The notes: generated from the letters alone by a model not told the origin. Shown: positions 1-11,395, counted from the stretch's first letter. The stretch is DNA of 64,000 bases from Lachnospiraceae bacterium (GCA_045593785.1 JAZNXH010000185.1:16225-80224); one strand, 5' to 3'. Translations and numbers: made by a program.

Positions 1-699
1 AGCGGTTTATATGAAAACGGTTACTATGTACCGTATTTGGAAGAAGTGATAGCAGGTAGATGGAATAGTGGTTCTTCGGAGTGTATTGTGAACGGAAGCG
101 CATTTCCGGTATTACATACAATTGAGTTATCCGATGTTGATCGTTCCCTTGAGAATGAGGATATGCCTAAGTTTGTTTTATTTGGTGAATTTGATGCACT
201 AAATAGTGTACGGATCCAACTGCCAAGTGATTACCTCCATTTTGAGGGAGTGTTTCCGTCATTGACTAACATGAGCCTTACCGGATGTGAAATTGGTTTG
301 TATTATGATTTTCCGAAGCTGGAACGGATTGATTATTTAAAGGCAACAGAAACTTTCAGTACGCTCGCATTAAAGGCTAAAAAATTAAAAGAAATATATG
401 CAGAAGGTAATTTGGGAATTGCTGTTGCTGATTATGTATTAAAGGACGAAAGTGTTATAAGTAATTACGATTCGCTGGAGAAAATCGAATGTGATTTATT
501 GGGATTCGGAGTTGATGGTGAGCTTGATTGGGATGCATTGTCGGAAGACGTTAAAATGGAAATCACAGTAAACGCCGTAATAGAAAAAATGCCGAGCCTG
601 AAGGAAATTGTGATTGCATCTGACGGCGATTATCCTTTTGTGATTAATACATTAAAAGCTTTAGCAGATAAACATTCCGTGACTTTAATTGAAAAGTAA
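1..699 (+). CDS. Hypothetical protein, C-terminal part (possibly leucine-rich-repeat-like); 5' end outside window
   Basis: Frame 1 is open from base 1 to TAA at 697-699. The listed TTG at 37 is internal. Irregular L/I-rich repeats; no recognised catalytic motif. Confidence 0.5.
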   Translation, partial: SGLYENGYYVPYLEEVIAGRWNSGSSECIVNGSAFPVLHTIELSDVDRSLENEDMPKFVLFGEFDALNSVRIQLPSDYLHFEGVFPSLTNMSLTGCEIGLYYDFPKLERIDYLKATETFSTLALKAKKLKEIYAEGNLGIAVADYVLKDESVISNYDSLEKIECDLLGFGVDGELDWDALSEDVKMEITVNAVIEKMPSLKEIVIASDGDYPFVINTLKALADKHSVTLIEK

Positions 700-705
700 T
701 TTTGA

Positions 706-737
706 CAAGCTTATTTCAAGGAAATAAGCTTGTTTTT
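706..737 (+). terminator. Rho-independent terminator
   Basis: Perfect 12-bp inverted repeat caagcttatttc / gaataagcttg-type arms (706-717 and 721-732), followed by TTTTT at 733-737. Confidence 0.85.
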
Positions 738-750
738 CTCTGATTTTTAC

Positions 751-779
751 TTGATTATAGCATGTAAAAATGTTATAAT
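751..779 (+). promoter_or_regulatory. Sigma-A-type promoter for pnp
   Basis: TTGATT (751-756), 17-nt spacer, TATAAT (774-779), preceded by a TGt extended -10. Leaves a leader of roughly 165 nt before pnp. Confidence 0.6.
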
Positions 780-950
780 ATGAAATTGTGGTTAATCATG
801 CGAAAATATAGGAAAGATATAATTGCATGAGAAAAATATGAGTTTGAGCTTGGGGTTGCCGAGACTTCTGAAAAGCCGATCTTTTCGCCTGTGAAAGGTA
901 TGTTTTTCAGTTGTTTCGGAACGATGACCCGGCTCAGGAAAGGATGAATT

Positions 951-3035
951 ATGTATAAGAGTTTTAGTATGGAACTCGCAGGCAGAACTCTGACTGTTGA
1001 TGTAGGCAGAGTGGCAGCACAGGCAAACGGTGCAGCGTTGATGCACTATGGCGATACCGTAGTTCTTTCTACGGCAACCGCTTCCGAGAAGCCGAGAGAG
1101 GGTATCGATTTCTTCCCTCTGAGCGTTGAATTTGAAGAGAAGCTTTACGCAGTTGGTAAGATTCCTGGAGGATTCAACCGTCGTGAAGGTAAGGCAAGTG
1201 AGAACGCTGTTCTTACCGCACGTGTAATTGACCGTCCGATGAGACCGCTGTTCCCGAAGGATTACAGAAACGATGTTACCCTGAATAACCTCGTTATGTC
1301 CGTTGATCCGGATTGCAGCCCTGAACTTACTGCTATGCTGGGTTCTGCAATTGCAACTGCGATTTCTGATATCCCGTTTGATGGTCCGACTGCAACGACT
1401 CAGGTTGGTCTCGTAGATGGTGAATTCGTTATCAACCCGACTGCTGCACAGAAGGCTGTATCGGATATGGCGCTGACGGTTGCTTCTACCAGAGATAAGG
1501 TTATCATGATTGAAGCCGGTGCAAATGAAGTTCCGGAAGCGCAGATGATCGAAGCTATCTATGAAGCGCATAAGGTAAATCAGGAGATTATCGCATTTAC
1601 CGATAAGATTGTTGCAGAGTGTGGCAAAGAAAAGCACAGCTACACCAGTTGTGCGATTCCGGCAGAACTTTTCGATGCAATCAAGGCTATCGTTAGTCCG
1701 GAAGCGATGGAAGAGGCTGTATTTACTGATGTAAAGCAGGTTCGTGAAGAAAACATCCGTCAGATCAAGGACAAGCTTGCAGAAAGCTTTGCTGACAATG
1801 AAGAGTGGCTTGGACTGATTGACGAAGCTGTATATCAGTATCAGAAGAAAACCGTTCGTAAAATGATCTTGAAGGATCACAAGCGTCCGGACGGAAGAAA
1901 GATTACTGAGATTAGAAAACTTGCTGCAGAAGTTGATATCCTGCCGCGTGTTCATGGTTCCGGTATGTTTACCAGAGGTCAGACCCAGATTCTTACCACT
2001 ACGACTTTGGCACCGCTTAGCGAAGCACAGAAGTTAGATGGATTGGATGAGACTGAGACTTCCAAGAGATATATGCATCATTACAACTTCCCGTCTTATT
2101 CAGTAGGTGAGACGAAGCCGTCCAGAGGTCCGGGACGTCGTGAGATTGGTCACGGTGCATTGGCTGAGAGAGCACTGCTTCCGGTACTTCCGTCTGAGAC
2201 AGAGTTCCCGTATGCAATTCGTACCGTATCTGAGACCTTAGAGTCCAACGGTTCTACTTCTCAGGCAAGTGTTTGTGCATCTACACTTTCCTTAATGGCA
2301 GCCGGTGTTCCAATTAAGGCTCCGGTAGCAGGTATTTCCTGTGGTCTTGTAACCGGTGAGACAGATGATGATTATCTGGTACTTACCGATATTCAGGGTC
2401 TTGAAGATTTCTTCGGCGATATGGACTTCAAGGTTGCAGGTACTCATAAGGGTATCACGGCAATTCAGATGGACATTAAGATTCACGGTCTTACCAGACA
2501 GATTGTTGAGGAAGCAATCGCAAGAACCAGAGAAGCAAGAATCTATATTCTGGATGAGGTTATGAAGCCGGTAATCGCAGAGCCGAGAGCAGAAGTTGGT
2601 AAGTATGCTCCGAAGATTACACAGATTCAGATTGATCCGCAGAAGATTGGTGATGTGGTTGGTCAGAGAGGTAAGACGATTAACGCAATCATCGACCAGA
2701 CCGGCGTTAAGATTGATATTACCGATGATGGTGCAGTTTCCGTATGCGGAACCGATCCGGAGATGATGGAGAAGGCGATTAAGCTGATCCAGATTATCGT
2801 AACTGATTTTGAAGAAGGTCAGGTGCTTGAGGGTAAGGTTGTCAGCATCAAGGAGTTCGGAGCGTTCCTCGAGTTTGCTCCGGGCAAGGAAGGTATGGTT
2901 CATATCTCCAAGATTGCGAAAGAACGCATCAATCATGTAGAAGATGTGCTTACTCTTGGTGATGTTGTTAAGGCTGTCTGCCTCGGAAAAGACCGCATGG
3001 GCAGAATCAGTTTCAGCATCAAGGATGTAAAATAA
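951..3035 (+). CDS. pnp: Polyribonucleotide nucleotidyltransferase (PNPase)
   Basis: 694 aa with two RNase PH-like halves, the FFGDMDFKVAGT motif, and C-terminal KH plus S1 domains. AAGGA RBS upstream of the ATG. Confidence 0.97.
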   Translation: MYKSFSMELAGRTLTVDVGRVAAQANGAALMHYGDTVVLSTATASEKPREGIDFFPLSVEFEEKLYAVGKIPGGFNRREGKASENAVLTARVIDRPMRPLFPKDYRNDVTLNNLVMSVDPDCSPELTAMLGSAIATAISDIPFDGPTATTQVGLVDGEFVINPTAAQKAVSDMALTVASTRDKVIMIEAGANEVPEAQMIEAIYEAHKVNQEIIAFTDKIVAECGKEKHSYTSCAIPAELFDAIKAIVSPEAMEEAVFTDVKQVREENIRQIKDKLAESFADNEEWLGLIDEAVYQYQKKTVRKMILKDHKRPDGRKITEIRKLAAEVDILPRVHGSGMFTRGQTQILTTTTLAPLSEAQKLDGLDETETSKRYMHHYNFPSYSVGETKPSRGPGRREIGHGALAERALLPVLPSETEFPYAIRTVSETLESNGSTSQASVCASTLSLMAAGVPIKAPVAGISCGLVTGETDDDYLVLTDIQGLEDFFGDMDFKVAGTHKGITAIQMDIKIHGLTRQIVEEAIARTREARIYILDEVMKPVIAEPRAEVGKYAPKITQIQIDPQKIGDVVGQRGKTINAIIDQTGVKIDITDDGAVSVCGTDPEMMEKAIKLIQIIVTDFEEGQVLEGKVVSIKEFGAFLEFAPGKEGMVHISKIAKERINHVEDVLTLGDVVKAVCLGKDRMGRISFSIKDVK

Positions 3036-3049
3036 GTAAGACTGAAAGT

Positions 3050-3089
3050 ACTGCCGCAAGATGAATTCATTTTGCGGCAGTTTCTGTTT
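3050..3089 (+). terminator. Rho-independent terminator after pnp
   Basis: Arms actgccgcaa (3050-3059) and ttgcggcagt (3072-3081), followed by a T-rich tail tttctgttt. Confidence 0.8.
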
Positions 3090-3138
3090 ATTATTACAAT
3101 AATAGAAATATATTACATTGCAGCGTGGAGGTTATTCT

Positions 3139-4410
3139 GTGGTAACAGAACATAGATTAACAAATGGAATACGTCTTGTTGTAGAACAACAATCTCAGTT
3201 TCGTTCGGTATCTTTAGGAATCTGGGTTAAGGTTGGTTCTGCCTATGAGAACAAAGAGGTTCAAGGTGTTTCACATCTGATTGAACACATGTTATTCAAG
3301 GGAACGAAGCGTCGTACTGCCAAGGAAATCTCCGGCTTGATTGCCCGGATTGGTGATGATGTGAATGCTTATACGAGTAACGAATATACTTGTTATTATG
3401 GGTCAACGTTGCCGGAATTTTTGCCGGAACTTGCAGAATTGTTTGCTGATATGCTGACGGATTCTTTGTTTTCGGAAGCGGAATTAATCAAAGAAAAAGC
3501 GGTAGTCATGGATGAAATCGATATGTATAACGATTCGCCGGAAGATTTGGTCCATGAGAAGCTTCAGGAGGCTGTATGGCAGGGACATCCGCTCTCATAT
3601 TTAATATCCGGAGACAAGACGAGTGTAGAACGGATTACCCGAGATGATTTGCTTGCTTTCTTCAACAAATACTACACCGGTAGTAATATTATCATATCAA
3701 TTGCAGGTGCTCTTGGAATGTCAGAAGACGAACTTCTTACTTATTTTGAGGAGATGTTTCATAGAATCCCGGAAGGTGAGCGACATGACAATGAACTGAC
3801 GACACCGGTATATCACGCTACAACACTCGAGATTGATAAAAAGATTGAACAATTACATGTGAATATGGCATTTGAAGCAATCAATGCACTGAGTCGTGAA
3901 CGATATATTGCAGGGGTATTCAATGCGGCATTTGGCGGTAGTGATAATTCATTGTTGTTCCAGAATATTCGTGAAGAACAAGGACTCGCATATTCTGTGT
4001 ATTCATATCAGAACAATTATCTGAAGTCCGGTCTTTACCATGTGGATATTACTGTGAATCCAAGACAGGCTGCACGAGTGGTAGAATCAGTAGTATCATT
4101 GATTGAGAAAGTAAAACAGGAAGAATTTACTGAAGATGTATTAGACGTGTATAAGAATCAAATTAAGATTGATTTGATTATGCGTTCCGAGAGTGTTAAG
4201 TCGAAGATGAGTAAGAATGCAAAAGACCTACTGTATTTTGACAAACTGATTCCGGTAGAGGAGATGATTCAGGGGATTTTGTCGGTAACAGCACAGGAAG
4301 TTCGGGCATTTGCTGAAAAATATCTTACAATTGAAAATGCAAGTCTTTGTATTGTTGGCAAGTTGGCAAACAAGGAAGCAAAACGTATTGATTCCTTGTT
4401 AGAATCCTGA
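3139..4410 (+). CDS. M16-family zinc peptidase (insulinase/MlpA-like)
   Basis: HxxEH zinc motif (HLIEHMLFKGT). Its position after pnp matches other Firmicutes. GTG at 3139 sits 8 nt after GGAGG at 3127-3131; the TTG at 3118 is an alternative start. Confidence 0.9.
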   Translation: MVTEHRLTNGIRLVVEQQSQFRSVSLGIWVKVGSAYENKEVQGVSHLIEHMLFKGTKRRTAKEISGLIARIGDDVNAYTSNEYTCYYGSTLPEFLPELAELFADMLTDSLFSEAELIKEKAVVMDEIDMYNDSPEDLVHEKLQEAVWQGHPLSYLISGDKTSVERITRDDLLAFFNKYYTGSNIIISIAGALGMSEDELLTYFEEMFHRIPEGERHDNELTTPVYHATTLEIDKKIEQLHVNMAFEAINALSRERYIAGVFNAAFGGSDNSLLFQNIREEQGLAYSVYSYQNNYLKSGLYHVDITVNPRQAARVVESVVSLIEKVKQEEFTEDVLDVYKNQIKIDLIMRSESVKSKMSKNAKDLLYFDKLIPVEEMIQGILSVTAQEVRAFAEKYLTIENASLCIVGKLANKEAKRIDSLLES

Positions 4411-4558
4411 GTTTTAATCATCTTTTAATGGACATTAGACTTGAATTTGTGTGCAATCTATGTGATACTATATATTGAAGTTTTTATGTGCATTTATACT
4501 ACATAAGGTTACAAAATTTGATATTGAAATACTGATTATAGAAATGGATGAAACTATT

Positions 4559-6040
4559 ATGGAAAGAGCAAGTGGTATATTATTGCCGATTTCTTCCTTG
4601 CCATCAGCATATGGAATCGGTTGTTTTTCAAAAGACGCATATGAGTTTGTAGACCGTCTGGTGGAAGCCGGACAGAAATATTGGCAGATATTGCCGCTCG
4701 GACCGACCGGTTACGGCGATTCTCCGTATCAGTCATTTTCAACGTTTGCAGGTAACCCATACTTTATTGATCCCAGTACATTGATTGAAGAAGGATTGCT
4801 GACGAAAGAAGAATGTGATCAGTTTGATTTTATTTCACATATTAATTATGTGGAATACGACAAAATATATAATGGTCGATTTGCTTTGCTTCGATTGGCA
4901 TATGATCGTTTCCTGAAAGATATACCTCGGGAATTTGATGTATTCTGTAAAGAGCAGAGTCATTGGCTCGAAGATTATTGTCTTTTTATGGCGATTAAGA
5001 CTTCAATTGATGCATCTTCCTGGATGGATTGGCAGGATGATATCCGTACACGTGATGGAAATGCGCTGGCAAAACTAAAAGATCAGTTGGCGGATGAGAT
5101 GAATTTCTTCCGTTTTCAGCAGTATAAGTTTTTAGAACAGTGGATGAAATTAAAAACTTATGCGAATGAGAACGGTATTCGGATTATCGGTGATGTTCCG
5201 ATTTATGTAGCAAAGGATAGTGCAGATACATGGTGCGGTCCACAATTGTTCCAGTTTGACGAAGATGGCAGACCCAAGGCTGTTGCAGGCTGTCCGCCGG
5301 ATGCATTTAGTGCTACTGGACAGTTGTGGGGTAATCCATTATATGATTGGGACTATCATGAGGAGACAGAATATGCATGGTGGATTCAGAGAATCCGTCA
5401 TTGCTTTGACTTGTATGATGTTGTACGGATCGACCATTTCCGGGCATTTGATGCATATTATTCGATTCCGGCAGCGGATGAAACCGCAGAATTTGGTCAT
5501 TATGAAGATGGTCCGGGATTGAAGCTGTTCAATCGCTTAAAGGAAGTACTTGGAGAGCTTGATATTATTGCAGAAGATCTTGGTTTCTTAACTCCGTCGG
5601 TGTATGAACTCTTGGATGCGACCGGATATCCGGGTATGAAGGTGTTACAATTTGCTTTTGATGAGACAGAAGAAAGTGTATATCTTCCGCACAATTATAA
5701 GGAAAATTGTGTTGTATACAGCGGAACTCATGATAATGAGACTTCCGAAGGCTGGTATGCCAATATCAGTGAGCGTGAGAGAAACTTTGTGAATGACTAT
5801 CTCGGATATTCCGAGCAGGACAAAGAACGTTTCTGTATCCGTTTTGTGAGGGCGTGCATGGCAAGTTGTGCAAAGCTATGTGTGATTCCGTTGCAGGATT
5901 ATTTGGGACTTGGTAATGAGGCGCGGATTAACCATCCATCCACAGTCGGTTCAAACTGGAAGTGGCGTGTATCAAAAGGAGCGTTTACAGAAAAACTTGC
6001 AACTGAAATTCGCAGATTGACAAAACTGTACGGAAGATAA
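4559..6040 (+). CDS. malQ: 4-alpha-glucanotransferase (amylomaltase)
   Basis: N-terminus MERASGILLPISSLPS and VRIDHFRAF are typical GH77 signatures. The start is ambiguous between ATG 4559, ATG 4544 and TTG 4475. Confidence 0.92.
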   Translation: MERASGILLPISSLPSAYGIGCFSKDAYEFVDRLVEAGQKYWQILPLGPTGYGDSPYQSFSTFAGNPYFIDPSTLIEEGLLTKEECDQFDFISHINYVEYDKIYNGRFALLRLAYDRFLKDIPREFDVFCKEQSHWLEDYCLFMAIKTSIDASSWMDWQDDIRTRDGNALAKLKDQLADEMNFFRFQQYKFLEQWMKLKTYANENGIRIIGDVPIYVAKDSADTWCGPQLFQFDEDGRPKAVAGCPPDAFSATGQLWGNPLYDWDYHEETEYAWWIQRIRHCFDLYDVVRIDHFRAFDAYYSIPAADETAEFGHYEDGPGLKLFNRLKEVLGELDIIAEDLGFLTPSVYELLDATGYPGMKVLQFAFDETEESVYLPHNYKENCVVYSGTHDNETSEGWYANISERERNFVNDYLGYSEQDKERFCIRFVRACMASCAKLCVIPLQDYLGLGNEARINHPSTVGSNWKWRVSKGAFTEKLATEIRRLTKLYGR

Positions 6041-6124
6041 TTGTACTGCATAAGATTTTTCCTTTATGGAGACACTCAATTTCGTGTGGACGGAAATGTT
6101 TCACGGAATGGGGGATTATGCAGA

Positions 6125-6817
6125 ATGAATAGGACAAGAGAAGAATTCGACAGTGAAAAACAGGAATTGCATGATGAACGTATTTGTGAATTTGGTCAGG
6201 CAGAGCTTGAGAATGAAAACGGAAAAAAGATTCGTTTGATCAGTATTATCGGCGAGATTGAAGGACATGAGTGTCTTCCAAAGACCAGTAAAGCGACAAA
6301 GTATGAACATCTGCTGCCACAATTGGCAGAAATCGAAAATGATAATACAACCGGTGGGGTACTATTTCTGATTCATACTGCCGGAGGAGATGTAGAAGCC
6401 GGCCTGGCATTGGCTGAAATGATTGCATCTTTAAGCAAGCCAACAGTATCTTTGGTACTGGGCGGCAGTCATTCCATTGGTGTTCCTTTGGCTGTGTCAA
6501 CAGATTATAGTTTTATTGTTCCGAGTGCCAATATGATGATTCACCCGGTCAGAATGTCCGGAATGATGATTGGGGTCACACAGACATATGTGTACTTTGA
6601 ACGGATACAGGAACGGATTCTTCGCTTTGTTACGGAGCATTCTCATATCACTTATGAGTCATTAAAGGCATATATGTTGGATACGAGCCAGATGGCAAAG
6701 GATGTGGGTACAATACTGGATGGCGAAGATACCGTAAAATGCGGTTTGATTGATGCAATTGGCGGTGTGTCCGACGCTGTTCGAAGATTAAAGACAATGA
6801 TGGAAGATACGGAATAA
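6125..6817 (+). CDS. ClpP-family protease-like protein (TepA-like)
   Basis: IHTAGGDVEAG, GGSHSIG and MMIHPV align by eye to the ClpP Ser/His regions. ATG at 6125 follows a GGGGGA RBS. Confidence 0.8.
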   Translation: MNRTREEFDSEKQELHDERICEFGQAELENENGKKIRLISIIGEIEGHECLPKTSKATKYEHLLPQLAEIENDNTTGGVLFLIHTAGGDVEAGLALAEMIASLSKPTVSLVLGGSHSIGVPLAVSTDYSFIVPSANMMIHPVRMSGMMIGVTQTYVYFERIQERILRFVTEHSHITYESLKAYMLDTSQMAKDVGTILDGEDTVKCGLIDAIGGVSDAVRRLKTMMEDTE

Positions 6818-6843
6818 ATTAGAGTTTGAAAGGCAAGATGGTT

Positions 6844-7686
6844 ATGGGTTTTTTTGAAATACTGAAAATTATTGCAATCGGTATCATTGAGGGTATTACA
6901 GAGTGGCTTCCAATCAGCAGTACTGGTCATATGCTGATTTTTCAGGAGTTTGTTAGCTTTGATGAACTGAGTCCGGAATTTATGGACATGTTTAATGTTG
7001 TAATTCAGCTTGGTGCAATCATGGCAGTAGTTGTTATATATTTCAAAAAAATATGGCCATTCACAAAACAGAATGGAAAGTTTGGTCTGGATAAAGAGAA
7101 GATATCTCTTTGGATGAAAATCGTGATTGCGTGTATTCCACTTGGTATTATCGGTGTTCTGTTTGAAGATGCTATTGATGCGGTATTGATGACTGCAGTA
7201 GTAACCGCAATTGCTTTAATCTTCTATGGTGTTTTGTTTATCTTAATTGAGAAAAAAGATCTTGGATCGAATGCAAGGTATGCTGATACCAACGCAATTA
7301 CTTATAAGACCGCAATCCTCATCGGACTGTTCCAGTTGTTGTCGTTGGTGCCCGGAACTTCACGTTCCGGTGCAACCATTATTGGCGGAATGCTGGTTGG
7401 AACATCCAGAGTTGCAGCTGCGGAATTTACATTTTATTTGGGGATTCCGGTTATGTTCGGTGCATCTTTGTTAAAGATCATAAAGTACATATTGGATGGT
7501 TCCATGTTTACGGTGAATGAAATATTAGCACTGGTATTGGGTATGGTGACTGCATTTGCTACGTCAATGATTGCGATTAAGTTTTTAATTGGCTATATCA
7601 AAAAGCATAATTTTGTGGTATTCGGCTGGTATCGTATCGGTCTTGGATGTATTGTGTTATTGTTACATTTTTTGTTGAGTTTGTAG
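6844..7686 (+). CDS. uppP: Undecaprenyl-diphosphate phosphatase
   Basis: ISSTGHM and [10 protein letters not shown] motifs in a polytopic membrane protein. The start could be ATG 6844 or ATG 6838. Confidence 0.93.
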   Translation: MGFFEILKIIAIGIIEGITEWLPISSTGHMLIFQEFVSFDELSPEFMDMFNVVIQLGAIMAVVVIYFKKIWPFTKQNGKFGLDKEKISLWMKIVIACIPLGIIGVLFEDAIDAVLMTAVVTAIALIFYGVLFILIEKKDLGSNARYADTNAITYKTAILIGLFQLLSLVPGTSRSGATIIGGMLVGTSRVAAAEFTFYLGIPVMFGASLLKIIKYILDGSMFTVNEILALVLGMVTAFATSMIAIKFLIGYIKKHNFVVFGWYRIGLGCIVLLLHFLLSL

Positions 7687-7699
7687 GATAGGAGGAAGC

Positions 7700-10444
7700 A
7701 TGGCTACCCAAAGTTCAAAAGGCAATACGAAAAAGAAAACGGGAAGTAATTCGACGGAAAAAGCGAAGAAACAAAAAGTGGTTTCCGGGAAAGTGAAAGC
7801 TGAACGTACGACACAGGTAAGAAGTGTGTTGGAAGAACCGGTTCGTATCGAAATAACGATGACAATTACTGCACTTGTTTGTGTCCTTCTGGTTCTTAGT
7901 TATTTTAATCTTTGTGGCACAGTCGGACGTTTTATCAATCAGCTGATGTTTGGACTGATGGGTGTATTTACCTATGTTTTCCCGGTAGTTTTATTTTTCT
8001 TTGTTGGCTTTTATCTTTCGAATCGGAGTAATCGGATTGCAAAACAGAAGCTTCTTTCCGGAGTTGCGTTTGTATTTTTGTTGACCGGTTTGGTTCAATT
8101 GATTTATGGAATTGATGAGAGCAGAAAGTTATTAGATTATTATACATATTGTTCCGCAAACAAATGTGGCGGCGGAATTTTCGGTGCTGTGATTGCGGTT
8201 CCTTTATCCAAACTTTTCGGTACGGTAGGAACGGCTGTTATTATAGCAGCTTTGATGATTGTATTTTTGTTGTTACTTACCGGAAAAGCATTGTTTCGCT
8301 TGATTCGCAAACGTAGCGCAGAGTCTTGGCAACGCAAGAAGGAAATGCATCGTATCCGTGTGGAAGAATATGAACGGATGCGTGAGGAAGAAACATATCA
8401 ACAAAATGAAAATACGCGCAGAATGCAAATGGTTGATGTTGTGCCACAAGGAATTCACAATGCTGACAGTAAGGGCAGAATTCAAGTGACACAACCGGAA
8501 GTCGAACCCAAGCACAGTTTTTTAGATGTGTTACGTGAAAAGTCCGGCATCAACGGATCAGTGCCGGAAGCATCTGTTACTGATAATCAAGGGACCGGAT
8601 ACCATCAGATTGAAATGGAAGAAGTGGAACTTAAGACTTCTTCCGGCAAGAAACAAAAGCCGGTACAGGAAGAAAGTTATCTGACAGAACTGGAACGAAA
8701 ATTTGCAGGAAAAGGACACACTTTAGGTGAAATCCGCGCAAAAGAATTTGAAGAATTCCGCTTTGAACAAAAGTTGCCGGAAGAAAACAATGAATTTTTC
8801 GACGAGCCTGCAATTGCAGCAGAAGCTGCTCCTGAAGTAACAGAGTCGCCCGTTGCTCCAAAGGTTGGAAAGAGCGAAACAACAACAAAAGAAAAGTTGA
8901 GCCCGCAGGAAGAAGCCGCACAACTTTCGGCGATGAGTACAGCAATGGAAGAGCAGATTAAAAAGTATATCTTCCCGCCTTTGAACCTGCTATCTCGTCC
9001 GAAGTCAGCCGCCGGAAATGGAAATTCCCGAAGTGAAATTGAACGAAATGCGGATTTGCTTCAGCGTACACTGAACAGCTTTGGTGTTCATGTTAAGCTC
9101 TTGAATGTAAGCTGTGGTCCGGCAGTTACAAGATATGAACTGCAGCCGGAACAGGGCGTTAAAGTTAGTAGTATTACAAAGCTTGAGAATGATATAAAAC
9201 TGAATCTTGCAGCGGCAGATATTCGTATTGAAGCACCAATTCCCGGTAAAGCTGCGATTGGTATTGAGGTACCGAATAAAGAGAATTCCGCTGTATTAAT
9301 TCGTGATTTATTTGAGTGTAGAGAATATACGGATAAGGATTATGGTGTAGTCTTTGCAGTCGGTAAGGATATTACCGGTCACAATATTGTATCCGATATT
9401 GCAAAGATGCCGCACTTATTAATTGCAGGTGCTACCGGTTCCGGTAAGTCGGTTTGTATCAATACGCTTATTATGAGTATCCTGTATAAGTACAATCCGA
9501 ATGATGTGCGAATGATCATGATTGATCCGAAGGTTGTGGAATTGAGTGTATATAATGGTATTCCGCATCTTTTGATTCCGGTTGTAACTGACCCTAAGAA
9601 GGCTGCTGCGTCGCTGAATTGGGCAGTAATGGAGATGACAAACCGATATAATAAGTTTGCGGAGCTCCATGTACGAGACTTAAAGGGTTATAATCAGAAG
9701 ATGGAAGAAGAACCGTACCGAAGTGACCCGACTTATCAGAAGCTGCCGAAGATTGTTATTGTGGTGGACGAGCTTGCTGATCTTATGATGGTTGCACCGG
9801 GTGAGGTAGAAGATGCGATTATCCGTCTGTCGCAGTTGGCACGTGCTGCAGGAATGCATTTGATTATTGCGACGCAGCGTCCGTCCGTCAATGTTATTAC
9901 TGGTCTGATTAAGGCAAATATGCCTTCTCGTATTGCATTTGCAGTTACTTCCCAGGTGGATTCCCGTACCATTTTGGATGGCTCCGGTGCAGAGAAACTG
10001 CTCGGAAAGGGTGATATGTTGTTTTTCCCTTCCGGTTATCCGAAGCCGATTCGTGTACAGGGTGCGTATGTATCGGATGAAGAGGTAGAATCTGTAGTAC
10101 GATTTATTAAAGAGAAGAATACAGAAGCACAGTACAATGAAGAGGTAACCAGTCATATAAACAGTGTTCAGACTACAACAACCGGTGGTGCATCTGCTGA
10201 GACAGCAGGTGCCGTAAATGGAAGAGATGAATATTTTGTAGAGGCAGGTCGCTTCATCATTGAAAAGGACAAGGCATCAATCGGTATGTTGCAACGTGTA
10301 TACCGTATTGGTTTTAACCGTGCAGCACGGCTGATGGAACAGTTGGCCGATGCAGGTGTAGTGAGTGAAGAAGATGGAACCAAGCCCAGACGTATTCTGA
10401 TGAGTAAGGAGCAATTTGAGCAGTATGTCGATGAAAATGTATGA
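7700..10444 (+). CDS. ftsK: DNA translocase FtsK/SpoIIIE
   Basis: N-terminal TM helices, a low-complexity linker, Walker [10 protein letters not shown], Walker [11 protein letters not shown], and a C-terminal gamma winged-helix domain. GGAGG RBS. Confidence 0.95.
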   Translation: MATQSSKGNTKKKTGSNSTEKAKKQKVVSGKVKAERTTQVRSVLEEPVRIEITMTITALVCVLLVLSYFNLCGTVGRFINQLMFGLMGVFTYVFPVVLFFFVGFYLSNRSNRIAKQKLLSGVAFVFLLTGLVQLIYGIDESRKLLDYYTYCSANKCGGGIFGAVIAVPLSKLFGTVGTAVIIAALMIVFLLLLTGKALFRLIRKRSAESWQRKKEMHRIRVEEYERMREEETYQQNENTRRMQMVDVVPQGIHNADSKGRIQVTQPEVEPKHSFLDVLREKSGINGSVPEASVTDNQGTGYHQIEMEEVELKTSSGKKQKPVQEESYLTELERKFAGKGHTLGEIRAKEFEEFRFEQKLPEENNEFFDEPAIAAEAAPEVTESPVAPKVGKSETTTKEKLSPQEEAAQLSAMSTAMEEQIKKYIFPPLNLLSRPKSAAGNGNSRSEIERNADLLQRTLNSFGVHVKLLNVSCGPAVTRYELQPEQGVKVSSITKLENDIKLNLAAADIRIEAPIPGKAAIGIEVPNKENSAVLIRDLFECREYTDKDYGVVFAVGKDITGHNIVSDIAKMPHLLIAGATGSGKSVCINTLIMSILYKYNPNDVRMIMIDPKVVELSVYNGIPHLLIPVVTDPKKAAASLNWAVMEMTNRYNKFAELHVRDLKGYNQKMEEEPYRSDPTYQKLPKIVIVVDELADLMMVAPGEVEDAIIRLSQLARAAGMHLIIATQRPSVNVITGLIKANMPSRIAFAVTSQVDSRTILDGSGAEKLLGKGDMLFFPSGYPKPIRVQGAYVSDEEVESVVRFIKEKNTEAQYNEEVTSHINSVQTTTTGGASAETAGAVNGRDEYFVEAGRFIIEKDKASIGMLQRVYRIGFNRAARLMEQLADAGVVSEEDGTKPRRILMSKEQFEQYVDENV

Positions 10445-10463
10445 TGCACACACACAACAGGTA

Positions 10464-11372
10464 ATGGAACAGATGGATGCAAAACAGGAATTCCGGGCAT
10501 GGATTATTATTAATGAATTCTTGAATACCAGTAAGTTTTCTGAACTTACACATTATCTTCTGGTGGCAGCCGGTATGCGTGGAATCCGCTTGAATGTTTT
10601 TACCAATTCAGAGGTAATGATTGGAGCACCGCTTCCGGAAGAAAAACCGGATTTTGTCCTGTTCTGGGATAAGGATATTCTTCTGGCACAATATTTGGAG
10701 AGCCTTGGGATTCCGGTGTTCAATTCATCAAGATCCATTGCGCTCTGTGATGATAAAAGACTTACCTATCTGTCGTTACAAAACAGTGGAATTCCGATGC
10801 CGAAGACGGTCATTGCACCGTTTACCTATGACAATATTGGATATAATAGTTTTGAGTTTCTTGATCAGGTTGAAGCAGAACTTAGCTATCCTATGGTAGT
10901 AAAAGAAGCATTTGGTTCGTTCGGTATGCAGGTATATCTGGTACAGAATCATGAAGAGATGGTATTAAAGTTACAGGAAATATCACCAAAGCCTGTAATC
11001 TTTCAAGAATTTCTGTCTGAGTTTCAGGGGACGGACATCAGACTACAGGTAGTCGGTAATGAGGTCGTTGCTTCGATGCTCCGTTACTCAATAAATGGTG
11101 ATTTTCGTGCCAATGTAACGATTGGTGGTAAGATGCAGAAATATACACCGACAAAAGAACAGTGTGATATGGCAATTCAGGCAACAAAAGAACTTGGTTT
11201 GGATTTTGCAGGGGTTGACCTTCTGTTCGGACCGGATGAGCGCCCGGTGCTCTGTGAAGTGAATTCCAATGCACACTTTAAAACCATTTTTGATTGTACC
11301 GGTATCAATGTTGCGGATAAGATTATCTGTTATGTTCGTGAACAAATGCGTGATCGGGTGTTACAAAAATAG
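10464..11372 (+). CDS. RimK-type ATP-grasp ligase (paralogue 1)
   Basis: ATP-grasp signatures YPMVVKEAFGSFGMQVYLV, DIRLQVVG, GDFRANVTIGG and EVNSNAHF. The start is uncertain among ATG 10437, 10464 and 10473; ATG 10437 overlaps the ftsK stop. Confidence 0.8.
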   Translation: MEQMDAKQEFRAWIIINEFLNTSKFSELTHYLLVAAGMRGIRLNVFTNSEVMIGAPLPEEKPDFVLFWDKDILLAQYLESLGIPVFNSSRSIALCDDKRLTYLSLQNSGIPMPKTVIAPFTYDNIGYNSFEFLDQVEAELSYPMVVKEAFGSFGMQVYLVQNHEEMVLKLQEISPKPVIFQEFLSEFQGTDIRLQVVGNEVVASMLRYSINGDFRANVTIGGKMQKYTPTKEQCDMAIQATKELGLDFAGVDLLFGPDERPVLCEVNSNAHFKTIFDCTGINVADKIICYVREQMRDRVLQK

Positions 11373-11395
11373 TATGACAGTTTGCGAGGTAAAAT

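Noticed and set aside
792-1955. 387-aa ORF on the minus strand
   Set aside because: It is entirely antisense to the well-supported pnp gene and its leader. The composition is Cys/Arg/Ser-rich with no motifs, and it is a typical shadow ORF.
2292-3059. 255-aa minus-strand ORF
   Set aside because: It is antisense to the pnp 3' half, has no RBS or motif, and is a shadow ORF.
4475-4558. N-terminal extensions implied by the first start codon of many listed ORFs (for example malQ 4475, TepA-like 6041, uxaC 15402, rimM 19802, COG2509 30845, miaB 33316, DUF2344 47995, nadD 52800, yggS 63025)
   Set aside because: The extensions overlap upstream genes or lack an RBS. Downstream ATG/GTG codons with proper RBS spacing reproduce the N-termini expected for the families.
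9680-10156. 158-aa minus-strand ORF (with similar ones at 17832-18314, 13001-13432 and 41515-41949)
   Set aside because: All are antisense to highly conserved genes (ftsK, ffh, fhs, scpA) and are shadow ORFs.
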